From Podarcis melisellensis (lineage: Eukaryota), in the NCBI GenBank assembly GCA_964234715.1, contig OZ174281.1: a DNA stretch of 64,000 nucleotides; one strand, 5' to 3'. The notes under the pieces are model-generated. The model was not told the DNA's origin, did not search any database, and worked only from the letters and a program-made list of their open reading frames with translations. Positions 24,067 to 35,240 of the stretch are shown in pieces. How positions within the stretch are numbered: the first letter of the stretch is position 1; each line of letters starts with the position of its first letter. The position numbers were made by a program, and so were the translations under genes.

Positions 24067-26141
24067 AACCATGGGGTTGTGGCTGAAGTGATAATATAAC
24101 ATGGCAGGATCCAGGCCTCTGTTTGTAAAATTCATTAAAAGGATTGTAGAGATGGACAGACGTAAATTAGTCCTGTCCTTCTCGGTTCGGTGTAACCATT
24201 TATCTGAATGGCAGTGGTGCAATTTGCATAGGGAATGTACATCCTCACCAATAAAGATAAAAATTGCAGTGTGGAACTCTTTACTTTCTTGGCTGTGAAG
24301 GAAAGAACGCTTGTTCCCCACTTATAATGCATGGTAAAATGGTCCGAAATCTTTCTATTTTATTGTTGCAATTATTCTCACAGAATGGCATGAGGAATTT
24401 CATAGTTTGCTTTTGCTCTTCTGGGGATGGGAGAGGAATTAGATGTGCAGCAACAGAATGCCAAACTCCACTGAAAATGCATTATGCTTTTAGATGTCTG
24501 CTGCCAATTTCAAATTATATCTTGTTTAGATTATAGTGAGTAAATTTGCTTGTGGAGGTAAATAATGGCTGTACTGCAGAAGAACAATTTAAGAAGGCTT
24601 TAGGATCTTAGGTTTACTATCTCAAATATTATGACAAATCTGAGTGGTGATTTTGATATATAAAGGAACCCCGTTGCCGCTCTTAAATACTTTTATCCTA
24701 GAACAGCCATTATTTAAATTTGATCAGCCATGGATTGGGTGTGTGTGTGTGTGTACAGAGTGTATATTTGCGGCGGCAGCCAGAAATGTAAATCTATGCT
24801 TGTAGATGTAAGTGTATTTACCAGCTTTATCTGTGTAATTAGAAAAGTGACCACTTAGGAAAATTAAATGGTTTTAAAAAAATTAATGTGTTCACCTTAC
24901 ACAGCAAAGTCCAAACTGGCAAATATAAAATAAAAAATGCAGTTGGGTGGAAGAGAGCCCTGCTCTTCTTAAACACTCCCCATATGAATGCATGTGGGCA
25001 TTGCAGGGGATGGAGGAGGAATGCTTATCTACAGGGCCGTCTTTAACATATGTGCTGCCGGGGTGCAAAGATCCACCCAGCACCCCCAAATTAACTTTTG
25101 TTGAGCTTTTTTGGGAGGGGGAAGCCAAGTTGTTGACGAAAACTGCTTTTGTTTCCTGACTCTTCAGGAATATTTGACACTACAGAGTAACAGAGCGATG
25201 GAGGACGAGGGTGGGGGCTTTCGCTCTATTGCTTTTCACTGCTGACGATTGAGAGGGACCAGTATACAGTAGGTATACATTTTGCACCCCCCCCCCGGAA
25301 TTCGGCGCCATGGTGCCCTGCACCCCTTGCACTCCTGGGTAAAGACGGCCCTGCTTACCTACACTTCCTCTTCTTGTGCTGCTTTCCCCAAGAGAGAATC
25401 GCTGTTTAGTGTTCAATTGGAGCAGATGGCAATTCAGGTGTTCTCCAGATTGACATTTGCTCTGATTTAGAGCTAAAGGAGAGGGTTTTCCCTCAGAGAG
25501 GAACGGGACAATGGGAAAACTCTTCAGATCCATGCTTTCTCGGCATGGGACAAGTGTGGGTGAACCCTAACTTGCATGGCCAGAGACCAATCGTTGGATG
25601 GGCATACAGGGAAGAATGCACAAATCTTCCATTCTTTGCAGCTGTCCTTTGTGTGGCTTGCCTGCATGCCCATATACTGACATTGGTAGGTTAGCAGGGA
25701 AATTGTGGGGTTGGTGGAGTCTGCACATATGTCAATAAATTTGTTCATGCATTCTAATGGATTCTGGAATTCCGAGCCTAGATTGCCAACTATAGAGGGG
25801 GAAATCTGGTAACAGAATGACATTGTGACTTTAATGGATAAAATATGAGGTTTCGGTGATGTGGAAATATTTAATTCTTAAAATATTTACATTAAATAAT
25901 AAATGAGCACCTTGATTTTCCTTTGTCAACCTGATTGCTTAAAAAGGCTACTTGTAAGTTCCATCTTGGTTAATCCAGCATATTTACATTTCCCTCCAAG
26001 CAGTTAAAGCATAGGTTTGCTCATATGAAGATCAAAGGAGAGAAGAAACTTTAAATATAAAACCCTGTGAATATTTATTTAGTGGATTTCAGTTATAATG
26101 AAATTCAGAAGCTTAGAAGAGGTCCACACTTTCTAGTAGTG
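24067..26141 (+). pseudogene. Pseudo-exons 24067-24333, ~24384-24535, ~24943-25685 (MITE-interrupted), 26001-26141
   Basis: 267-bp phase 1-1 exon ...RWTDVN*SCPSRFGVTIYLNGSGAICIGNVHPHQ*R*KLQCGTLYFLGCEGKNACSPLIMH; a long open frame ending HILTL|gtaggt; QLKHRFAHMKIKGEKKL*I*NPVNIYLVDFSYNEIQKLRRGPHFLVV|gtgagg. Confidence 0.6.
25032..25353. mobile_element. hAT MITE (CAGGGCCGTCTT family)
   Basis: Perfect 14-bp TIR cagggccgtcttta / taaagacggccctg; TSD cttatcta / cttaccta. Confidence 0.9.
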
Positions 26142-26616
26142 GTGAGGGCTTCTCGTTTTAAGGGTTTATCCCTGCCCTTTGGAAAGGAAGAAAATGAGAA
26201 GTGTTTTTTTAGAAATCAAACAGTTTATTTTTAAAATGATGGGCTATACTTCCCAATCTTGCATATGTTTACTCAGAAGCAAACCTCACCAATCTGAATG
26301 GACATTACTTCTAATCATGCATGCTTTGAATTGCTATGAAATACCTGTGTAACTATTGAAAGAAAAATAGGGTAAATATATGATACTGCTCAACCTTAAC
26401 TCTTGTGTACAGCTTTAAAGTTAAATTAAATTATGCCGGGAACAGATGTACAACAGAGGTGGAAGAGTTGTTGCTAGGCTACAACTTCCATCATTTCTAA
26501 TCATTAACCATGCTGGCTAGAGAAGGGAGTTGGAGTCCAAGAATAACTGGAGGGCCACATTTTCCCTACCACTGGTTTTGTTAAAAAGCCCTATTTAGAT
26601 GTTATTCATGTGTAGT

Positions 26617-26970
26617 TGAGGACGTGGGTGGCGCTGTGGGTTAAACCACAGGGCCTAGGACTTGCTGATCAGAAGGTCAGTGGTTCGATTCCCCACGATG
26701 GGGTGAGCTCCCATTACTCGGTCCCAGCTCCTGCCAACCTAGCAGTTCGAAAGCACGTCAAAGTGCAAGTAGATAAATAGGAACTGCTACGGCGGGAAGG
26801 TAAACAGCGTTTCCGTGCGCTGCTCTGGTTCACCAGAAGCGGCTTAGTCATGCTGGCTACATGACCCGGAAGCTGTATGCTGGCTCCATTGGCCAATAAA
26901 GCAAGATGAGCGCCGCAACCCCAGAATCGGCCACAACTGGGCCTAATGGTCAGGGGTCCCTTTACCTTTA
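26617..26970 (+). mobile_element. Sauria SINE, full length
   Basis: ggacgtgggtggcgctgtggg head, ggttcgatt B-box, cctttaccttta tail; TSD catgtgtagt. Confidence 0.92.
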
Positions 26971-28405
26971 CATGTGTAGTGCAGTGGTGTGTGGACTCTG
27001 GAGTAGGACTACACTTTCAGCCTGACTTAACATTGGTTTTATTTCTGTCTGTAAAGTATTCTCAGTGTGTGAGCGCATGTATAGGGACTCTGCACAATTG
27101 AGTCACCTAGTAGTGCAAGTCTCCTGCTTTGCACAGAGCCCTGACACATAAGCAGCAGCTCTCATATTGAGTTTTCCTTACAGATTACTCTGTGCAATAC
27201 TCAGTTCAAGAAAGCAGACGTGAGGTTGAGGGTGATGATCCCAAGTAAACACACCATTGTCCTACATGCAGGAACAGGGCTAATGTCAAACTATCAGTTT
27301 GGTGGTTAACAATTTAGCTCATTAAATATTAAGAGGCCATGGTAAATAAGAACGCTTCTGGCTTCCCTCCCCAAAGGAATATTGTGTTGGGCTGCAGGGC
27401 AACATCCTATTAACTTTACCAGTCTGATACTTAAACAAATGCATATGTTGTCGCTTGTTTGCTGTACAGCAGGGGTGGGGGATGTGTGCCCCCCCCGGTA
27501 TTGCTAGACTACATCCCCCATTATCCCTGAGCACTGACTATTTTGGCAGGGAGCAGCACGCCAGCAACATCGGGAAAGCCCAATGTTTCTCACCATTGAA
27601 CTGGAGCTATTTGCATGCATTCCTGCAGCCTCTCTCCTATAGGCAGCCTCCATATTGCACTGTTGGTTTTGTACTGGAATTCAAAGTACTCCAAGCACTT
27701 CATTCCTTCAGCCCAGTTTAAAAGATCTTTCTCTATGATTAAAGTATATGATCAAACCATAGCAACCGGTGCATTTGGTGTTAAGCCCAGCCTACTCTGT
27801 CATAGATGGGTTTAGGTGCATAGAAATGTCCCAAAAAATAAATAAAATACCACCACTTTTCACATCTGATTTTCAGAGGAGCCTAAAGATATTTGAAAAG
27901 ACTACAGCTCCAAAACAATTGTCTAGAAGGCAATTAACTTGAAAAGTTTTTATTCTTTTTCATTCCTGTACAGAGATGAGAAATAAAAGGAAAAGAGAAA
28001 ATGAAGATAAAGTACGCAACACTTGCTTACGAGAGTAGGTGCCTGATCTATAATTTGCAATGAAATATCATGAACTCTGTCATGCTACATAAGCGTTTAA
28101 TTAGGGTAATTTAACACATTGTAACTTACCAATGGATTCGCATTCAGTATGTTTCAAACAGCTGAGTTTTGGAATAATGTAGTGATTTCCTCACCACTGA
28201 AACTTCAATGGGCCTCTGCAGCTGTGGAATCTCATGAATTTGACTTGCTCACAGGCAGACAAATGATTTTCGAAGAACTTGAGAGCCACAGAAATAACAA
28301 TTGTGAAGCTCTCTAGCTCTCCACCCCACCCACCCCAGCAGCAAAATGGATTAACCAGTAGGGCTCCTGTTATAAGTACTCAATACTGATTTGTAGCTAA
28401 AATCG

Positions 28406-28615
28406 AGAGAGCGGGTGTGGTTTAGTGGTGAAAAACTGGATCAATACTAGGGAGGTTCAGGTTCCATCCAATCCTCACTCAGATATTAAGTTCACCGGGT
28501 GATCTTAAACTTGTCACTATCATTCAGTCTAGCCTACTTCACAGGGTTGTTGTGAAGACAAAATGAGGGCTGCAGAACCATGTCTTTAGCACTTTGGAGG
28601 AAGGTTGGGATATAA
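28406..28615 (+). mobile_element. Old tRNA/CORE-type SINE
   Basis: gtgtggtttagtggt A-box, caggttc B-box-like motif, cacagggttgttgtgaagacaaaatgagg CORE motif. Confidence 0.6.
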
Positions 28616-29007
28616 AGTTAGACTGGTACCAACATTCATTATTTTCAGGTATCAGGTGAAAGTAACTCTTTTCTATTGGGCCTCTGGCTAAGTCAGAGAT
28701 TGTGCTGCATCTCCAAAAAACCAAAAACCATGAAAGCAGAGATCCTTGCTTGTCTGATTAAAGCAAGAGGTTTTCTGGTTTGCCCATTGCTGTTGCTGGG
28801 TGGGGATGGCGGGGCAGGATAGGGAGGGGGCTGAATAACTTTGCAGTTGTTCTTTCTGTGGTTCTCAAGTTCCTGAAAAAGAGAACAGCATAGCTTAAGC
28901 AGCAAACACATGCTTCAGGAGTTCAAGAGCAGGACAATAATGGATGGAAGGAACAAAGGTCTCCCAACAAGTTTCCATGCCCTGCCCACCAAGCTTTTAA
29001 AGATGAG

Positions 29008-29371
29008 TTTGATGGCCTGGGATTCAGACTCCTAAGTTCCTGCAGAAGGAGTGCTCGCCTCCAGGCCAGGAGAGGCGAGTCATCACAGGATCAGGGACAC
29101 CCTATGCCTTGGGGCAGATAAAGCCAGCCAGCCCCAGTCCCAAGTTGAGGGAGGAACATTGTTGGTGGCTAGTTCCTGCCTGAACCCTGTCCTGCTTTCC
29201 TGCCTGAGCTCCTGACCTGCCCAAGCTCCCTGCTTGCAAGCCTGTTCCTGACTTCACCAGACTCCCTGCCCTGCACCCAGCTTCAGCTACTACAGACTGC
29301 CTCCATGTTGCACCTTTGACCATGGACCGGACTTGGACCTCGCCTCTCGGGTAACCCACGGGACCAGCACA
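29008..29371. mobile_element. Probable solo LTR
   Basis: Bounded by a 5-bp direct repeat ATGAG (29003-29007 / 29372-29376); ends in CA; 5' TG appears mutated to TT. Confidence 0.55.
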
Positions 29372-31248
29372 ATGAGGCATGATACACTCGCTTGTGAGAC
29401 TTGCTCACCTTCTGGAAATGTCAGGTTTTCAAATGTGTGCTCTTATGGGGTGGGCAGGCTTGCTCCCATCTGTGTAAGTGGCACCTGGTTCAAGATGACA
29501 AAACAGCACCATCCTGTTCAGGCTCCTGTTCTCTCACCGCTGCCTCTGGTTCTGCCTGCCTAACCTTGGGCTGCTCCAAATCCTCCCAAGCTTTTCCAGA
29601 GGCTCTCCATTCTGTAGGAAAGTCGGGGTCTGGGGGGAACATAAGAATGTAAGAAGAGCCTGCTGGATCAGTGCAATGGACCATCTAATCCAGGAAGAGA
29701 TGGAAGTCAGGATGGCGAGCCTTGCTTCTCCAATTCAGTTTCCTACTATTCAGTCCTGCCATGTCTTCCTCCTGTGTAAGAGCCTGACAACCCAAGCCCA
29801 GCTGTAACGGTGTTGTGAGGCTCATGTCAGGGGAAGCCAACATGATGCCTTCCAGAAGTTGTTGGACTACTGCTCCCATCAGCCTCAGCCAACCTGGTCA
29901 CTTGTCAAGGATTATGGGAGCTGGAGTCCAGCAGCATTCAGATAGCACCACATTGGCTACCCTATAGTAAACAAACAGTCCTGGCAAAAATGGTGGGATG
30001 GATGGAGGATAATATATTAAAACTGTGTATTTTGAAAACTGTGTATATTTTATTGGTTTGTTTTAATTTTATATGTAATGACCTGCCCTGAGATCATTTT
30101 ACGATAAAGGGCAGAATATGCATTTTAATAGCTGACTCAATACATGTAATCAATATTTGATTACATTTGACATTGTGGGTTAACTGCCCTCTTGATTATT
30201 GTTATCGAACTATAGCATTTTTAAATGCCATTCTATTGTTCTCCTCCCTGAGATAAATTTGTTAAAAAATGATTTCAACACATAAAATACCAGAGCGGCG
30301 TGCATTTCAAGATTTGAAGTACAAAATAAAATGCAGAAAAATGCAGGAATACACTCCACAGGGGAACCCTGAGTGAATAGGATGCTGAAACACAGCATCA
30401 TAGGTACTTGTCAGATGTTCAGTGAGTGGGAATTCCACAAAATAGGGGCAGCGGTTCCAAAAAAAGTTGAACTGGGAAGTCATGGAGCAGATCTCAGGGA
30501 CATGTGGCAAGCTTACAAGGATGAGAGAAGGAAAAGATCAAGCCTGTCCCCTTGCACTATTATCCTAATGATGACCCCCCCCATCACCCATTTTCTTTTT
30601 GTCCTTTTAGGGAAAACTTGCAACCAGCTATGGGTGAGAGTGCTGTTGTTACACTCCCACCCACCCAACCAACCAGCACACACAACTGCTTTCCATTAGT
30701 TGATTGATGAATTCACTCTCCCCTTTTGAAATGGAACTGTTTAGTTGGTGTGGAGTGTGGCTTGGATATTAAAAACTTCATTCTAAAGCATAATCTTAGG
30801 CTAATAAAGTTTAATTATCCACTGTATCTCTAAGATGTCTGTCTAGGGAATCTGACCCATATGGGTAATGTCATTGTTCCAATTTTCAACTGTGGAATCC
30901 TAGCACTGTTATCATCAGGTAGGTAATTAAGAGAACGTTTAACCTACTTGAATATATACTTGTCTGTAAAGTAAAGAAGCATCTATTGTGCACAGAAATG
31001 CAGACCTCCATCAGACATACTTGTAAATATAGGTGGGGGTGGAGAAACCATTGAACTCAAGTTGGTCCTATCCTGATTAACCACTGGCAAGATTGAATTA
31101 TGGAATTCTGTTGTTAGTAAACAAAATGATTTTCCATTAGGGTGGGTAGTTGGGAATCTTTAAACTTTTTCAAGAGGCATCTCAAACTAATTGTAGGTTA
31201 GGGTAGGGCTATAATACCCTTATAGATTCTTCTCTCTCTCTTTTTTAG

Positions 31249-33169
31249 ACTCAAGATTCAAATTCAGAGCTTGTTACTAATTCCAATTATTGAGTAATAA
31301 TAAGCAAGAGGGTCCCAGAGCATCTGCAGAGTGCATTTCCTTCCTGCTGAGTAAATTTGCTGCACTTTTGGGATTAGAATTTCTAAGTGAGAGAGTCCAG
31401 GACTTTAGGTAGGGTGGTGGTCTTGGTGTCTCTTGTTCTAGGACTTTATAAAACCCACTATCCTTCATTCATTCCCTGCTCCCCAATGCCAACCTATGGG
31501 CTCCATGTGCATCCTCCAGCATCTTCACTATTTCATTATTCTTCAGATCCATTTTCAAGTTGTTTCCTACAATTTACTTTTGAGACTAGCAGAACATAAC
31601 CAGGCTAAGGACTTCTCTGAGTGCTGACTTACCCCAGGAAGAACTGAACTGGGAATTATTTCTAGACTTGCTCGGGGCTGAAAATATCTTGTTAATTGGA
31701 GGCAAAGCAGGTTGTCATGCTTAAAGGGACTTCCTGAAATTGCTGCTTGGGGACACAATGGACCGTCTCTTTATCTGGCTCTGAAAATGATAGCTCAAAA
31801 GTGCACTTTGTTATTCTGCCCTTCCAGTAGCATTGACGACTAAGCAGCATCTCCTCTAGACTCTCGGTATTTTGCAGAAAAGAATTGACCACGCACTGGA
31901 AATCAAGGCTTCCACAATTAAAGTGGATTAAAGTGTTTTATCACTCTGGTGCAGCAAATTCACTCTAAAAATGCATTGAAAAGTGTGGGGTAATCAATTG
32001 ATTAATGGCAAGGCATATAACACAAGAAAGCAGAATGTATGCTGATTGTTGTATACCCTCCCTGTAAACAAATTTGAGGTATGTTCAAGGTACAACAGAT
32101 ATCCTCTAACCTCCACGAAAGCACTGTGCAAGCAAATCAGAGTTCAATAAACAGGTTGTCTGGTGGAGCCCAGGTGAAGTATTTATCCACATACATAGAG
32201 GTAAATGTCACCACCTGTTAATGTCTCCATATTAAGTAGTTGTGAACTGCTTAGTTACAGAGGCCAAATTGGCAACCCTGGTTTAAATGCAATGAAGTCA
32301 TCTCATATGTGCAAGGACGACTTCTTGTGCAACAGAGCCCCCCCCCTCCCCATTTGCTCTCATGGGTTAGGGGAAACCCCAGAACAGATTGGGGGATGTA
32401 GTTTTTTTTTATCCAATCTGCCAAATCTTGACAGTGTTTCTTAGGCTGGACTTATGCAAGCAGGAGGTATCACTTTGGACTACTGGTGAGGGATGCCACC
32501 TTTTGAATGCTTTTTTGTGAGGAAAAACTCTCCAAAAATAGAAACCTAGCATATCAGAAAGAAAGCCTTACACTTTGCATGCTGTGCTGGTTTCCTGTTT
32601 GCATGGAGCATTAAAAAATGTGTTGCCTCACTTCCAGTCCCATGTTATCACCTTATTCTGCTGTACTGTATCAGATTGAGGATTCAGGATTCATGCCGTC
32701 TTTCTGATCTCTTTCACTTGGATTGATTGCAGGGATTCTGAGATGCTGAAACATTTTGTTGCACTACTCAGTACAAGACAAAGGCCACAGAAGACTCATC
32801 AAGCTCCTTAATTTGCTAGGTTTATATTTCTAGAGCAGTTTTCTGTGCCTCGAAATCCCACTGTGTGTGTAAAGCATTCAACACTGTTTGATGGATGTTT
32901 CTGCTGTGGAAGTCTCTCCGGCTTTTTATTGAAATCTGCTGATGCGTTGCTTTTGCCTTTCCTTTTTGCAGGTGGAGCAGCAGGGTATTGCCCAAGTCTC
33001 TTTTGAGACAGTGTGATTATCCTGGGCCCATAAATTGGTAGCACTCTTGCTACAGTTTCATAAGAAATCAATGGATATCATTTGCAGGAGAGATCTAATC
33101 CATGCTGTGTTGTTGATAGCAACGTTGAGCCTTCCAATCTCCTTAATATACATAATTGTCATGGAGGAG
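31249..33169 (+). pseudogene. Pseudo-exons ~31249-31386, 31442-~31790, 32972-33169
   Basis: ...QNITRLRTSLSADLPQEELNWELFLDLLGAENILLIGGKAGCHA*RDFLKLLLGDTMDRLFIWL; cctttttgcag|VEQQGIAQVSFETV*LSWAHKLVALLLQFHKKSMDIICRRDLIHAV...EE|gtgaaa (198 bp). Confidence 0.6.
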
Positions 33170-34278
33170 GTGAAATAAAAGGTGACAGAGCTTCTTGTTT
33201 TGAACGGTGACATGTGTTATTGCATAATTGGTAGACAGCATAGCTATAAATGGCTCTTTTTTGCTATTTGCCTCAGTAACTGTCAGTGCTCAATTATCCC
33301 TGTCTATACTATATTGGCTGGCTTCATAGCAATCAACAATTTCTGCTGTGGTCTGCTGTAGAAACGTAGCCTTGTTAAGCATTGCTTGAGATATTCCAAG
33401 TCCATCAAAACCTGAAAGCATTATTTTTGCAAATGAAGATCATGTTTGTATGTGAAGCAAGCTGTTCTACAAAAATAGGAACCACATCTCAGAAGAGCGG
33501 GTTGCAAACACTCACTGAAACGTCAGACGCCAGCCTTATGGAGGCCTCCCACTTGCCTTTTAGATGCACATATTCATACAAGCAGTTTGTAGTCCAATCA
33601 ATAATAGTCAGGCGATGTACGTGCAAATATTGTGTGTCATTAGTTGTTTCTGTGAGTCTTTGGACCTATATGATTGTACCAAACAATTAGCTCTAGTTTT
33701 AACACTGCAATGTATTTTGCAAACAGATGGAAACAGGTGTTCCTTGCCACGCATTTCACAGTTGCAACTACGCTAACATAGCTAATAGGACTACATTCTT
33801 TACAACCCTCTTATTTTCCAGGGGCACTGAGTGTGAATTGCACACAGTTTCCTGAATGGAAGTTTGTTTTCAATAGAAGCACATCAGAGATGGCCATATG
33901 CACATTGATGTGGCTGGAGAGGGGATAGGCACAAGATATTTGTCTGGGTTTGACATGTATTTATGGGAAATGTGTCTTTTGATAATGTATTTTATATATA
34001 TATTGCTAAGACTGGGATGGACTAAAGGAAGTACTTCTTCACATAGTTCAACTTCTGTGGTAAACTATGCAATTTGCTGTCACGAGGTGTAGAGATCATC
34101 ACTCACTTGGACTGCTTTGAAAGGGGGTTAGACAAATCCATGGAGGGTAAGGTTACCAAGGCTGTGATTTATTTATTTACAAAATTTCTTATGAGCCCTT
34201 CCCCATGAGGTTCTAGGGTGGGGTACATCAATATAAAATACAGTCGTAAAAAACCCCAGATAAAACCAGTGAGATTAT

Positions 34279-34754
34279 TGTGGCGATCACACAGGGTCCC
34301 TGGACGTTTGACGGTCTATTGATCCCTGTGCCACCACTGTGATTTCTTCCCCGCTGTCACCAACCCGTTTCTCTCTGGTACACACGGAGTCCAGACAGTT
34401 GTTAACATTAAACCAAATAAGAGTTTATTTTATAAGCCTTAGCAAGTTTATGCTTTCAGATATTTTTTCTTGTTCTTCTAGGTTCTTACCGGCCTATACC
34501 TTCCTATTACCTACTACTGATTATACCAGCTGTCTATCTGACTCCTCCTAACAGATTCTCTCACTCTCTCACATCAAACTAGCCCAACCCACAGACATAA
34601 CCTTCCTCTCTCTTCTCTAACACTGGACTGACTTCTCCACAACACTAACTCTGATTCTAACTCCTCCCCTTGGGTTCCCGTTTGCCAATCACTTCACACT
34701 CATTTAACCCTTTCCTTATGACCCAGCATGTCACCTAGGAGGGCAAACGCCACA
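34279..34754 (-). mobile_element. Solo LTR (476 bp)
   Basis: TG...CA termini with inverted repeat tgtggcg / cgccaca; 5-bp TSD ATTAT; AATAAA on the minus strand. Confidence 0.85.
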
Positions 34755-34859
34755 ATTATAAACATGTAAATCTGCCCACCCCCTGGACTTTTGAGGGTGG
34801 AAGACTACCAAGAGAGCCCCCTCTGCCCAACTTAACATCCAAGGGGGTCGGTGGGACTT

Positions 34860-35240
34860 GGGGCCTAAATCATTTGATGCTTTAAAATGCCAATGTGAGC
34901 ACCTTGAATTGGGCTCAGAAACAAACTGGTAACCAGTGCAGCTGTTTTAAAACAGGGGTTATATGCTAGCTCTAAAAGGAACCCAAGCCACTTATTTGGC
35001 CTCTGTGGACTAGTTGAAGTTTCTGAATCATCTTCAAGGGAAGCCACATGTAGAGGGCTTTGCAATAGCTCAATCTAGAGGTTGTCATAGTGCAGAGTAC
35101 AGTGGTTGTTGGTGAACCAGCTGTAGCTGGAAATAGTCTCTTCAAGGCACTAAGACCATCTCAGTGACAGTACTGAATCCAGGACATCCGCAAGCTAGAG
35201 ACCTGTTCCTTCCAGGGGAGTGCAACCCTGTAGAGAACAG
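34860..35240 (-). mobile_element. Old L2 LINE fragment
   Basis: Minus-strand remnants resembling the L2 SRLDYCN..Y.GLP and LHWLP...I.FKV motifs. Confidence 0.6.

Noticed and set aside
31640-31700. LFLDLLGAENIL resembling a DENN-domain helix
   Set aside because: Short match with no flanking DENN motifs; not enough to name the gene.
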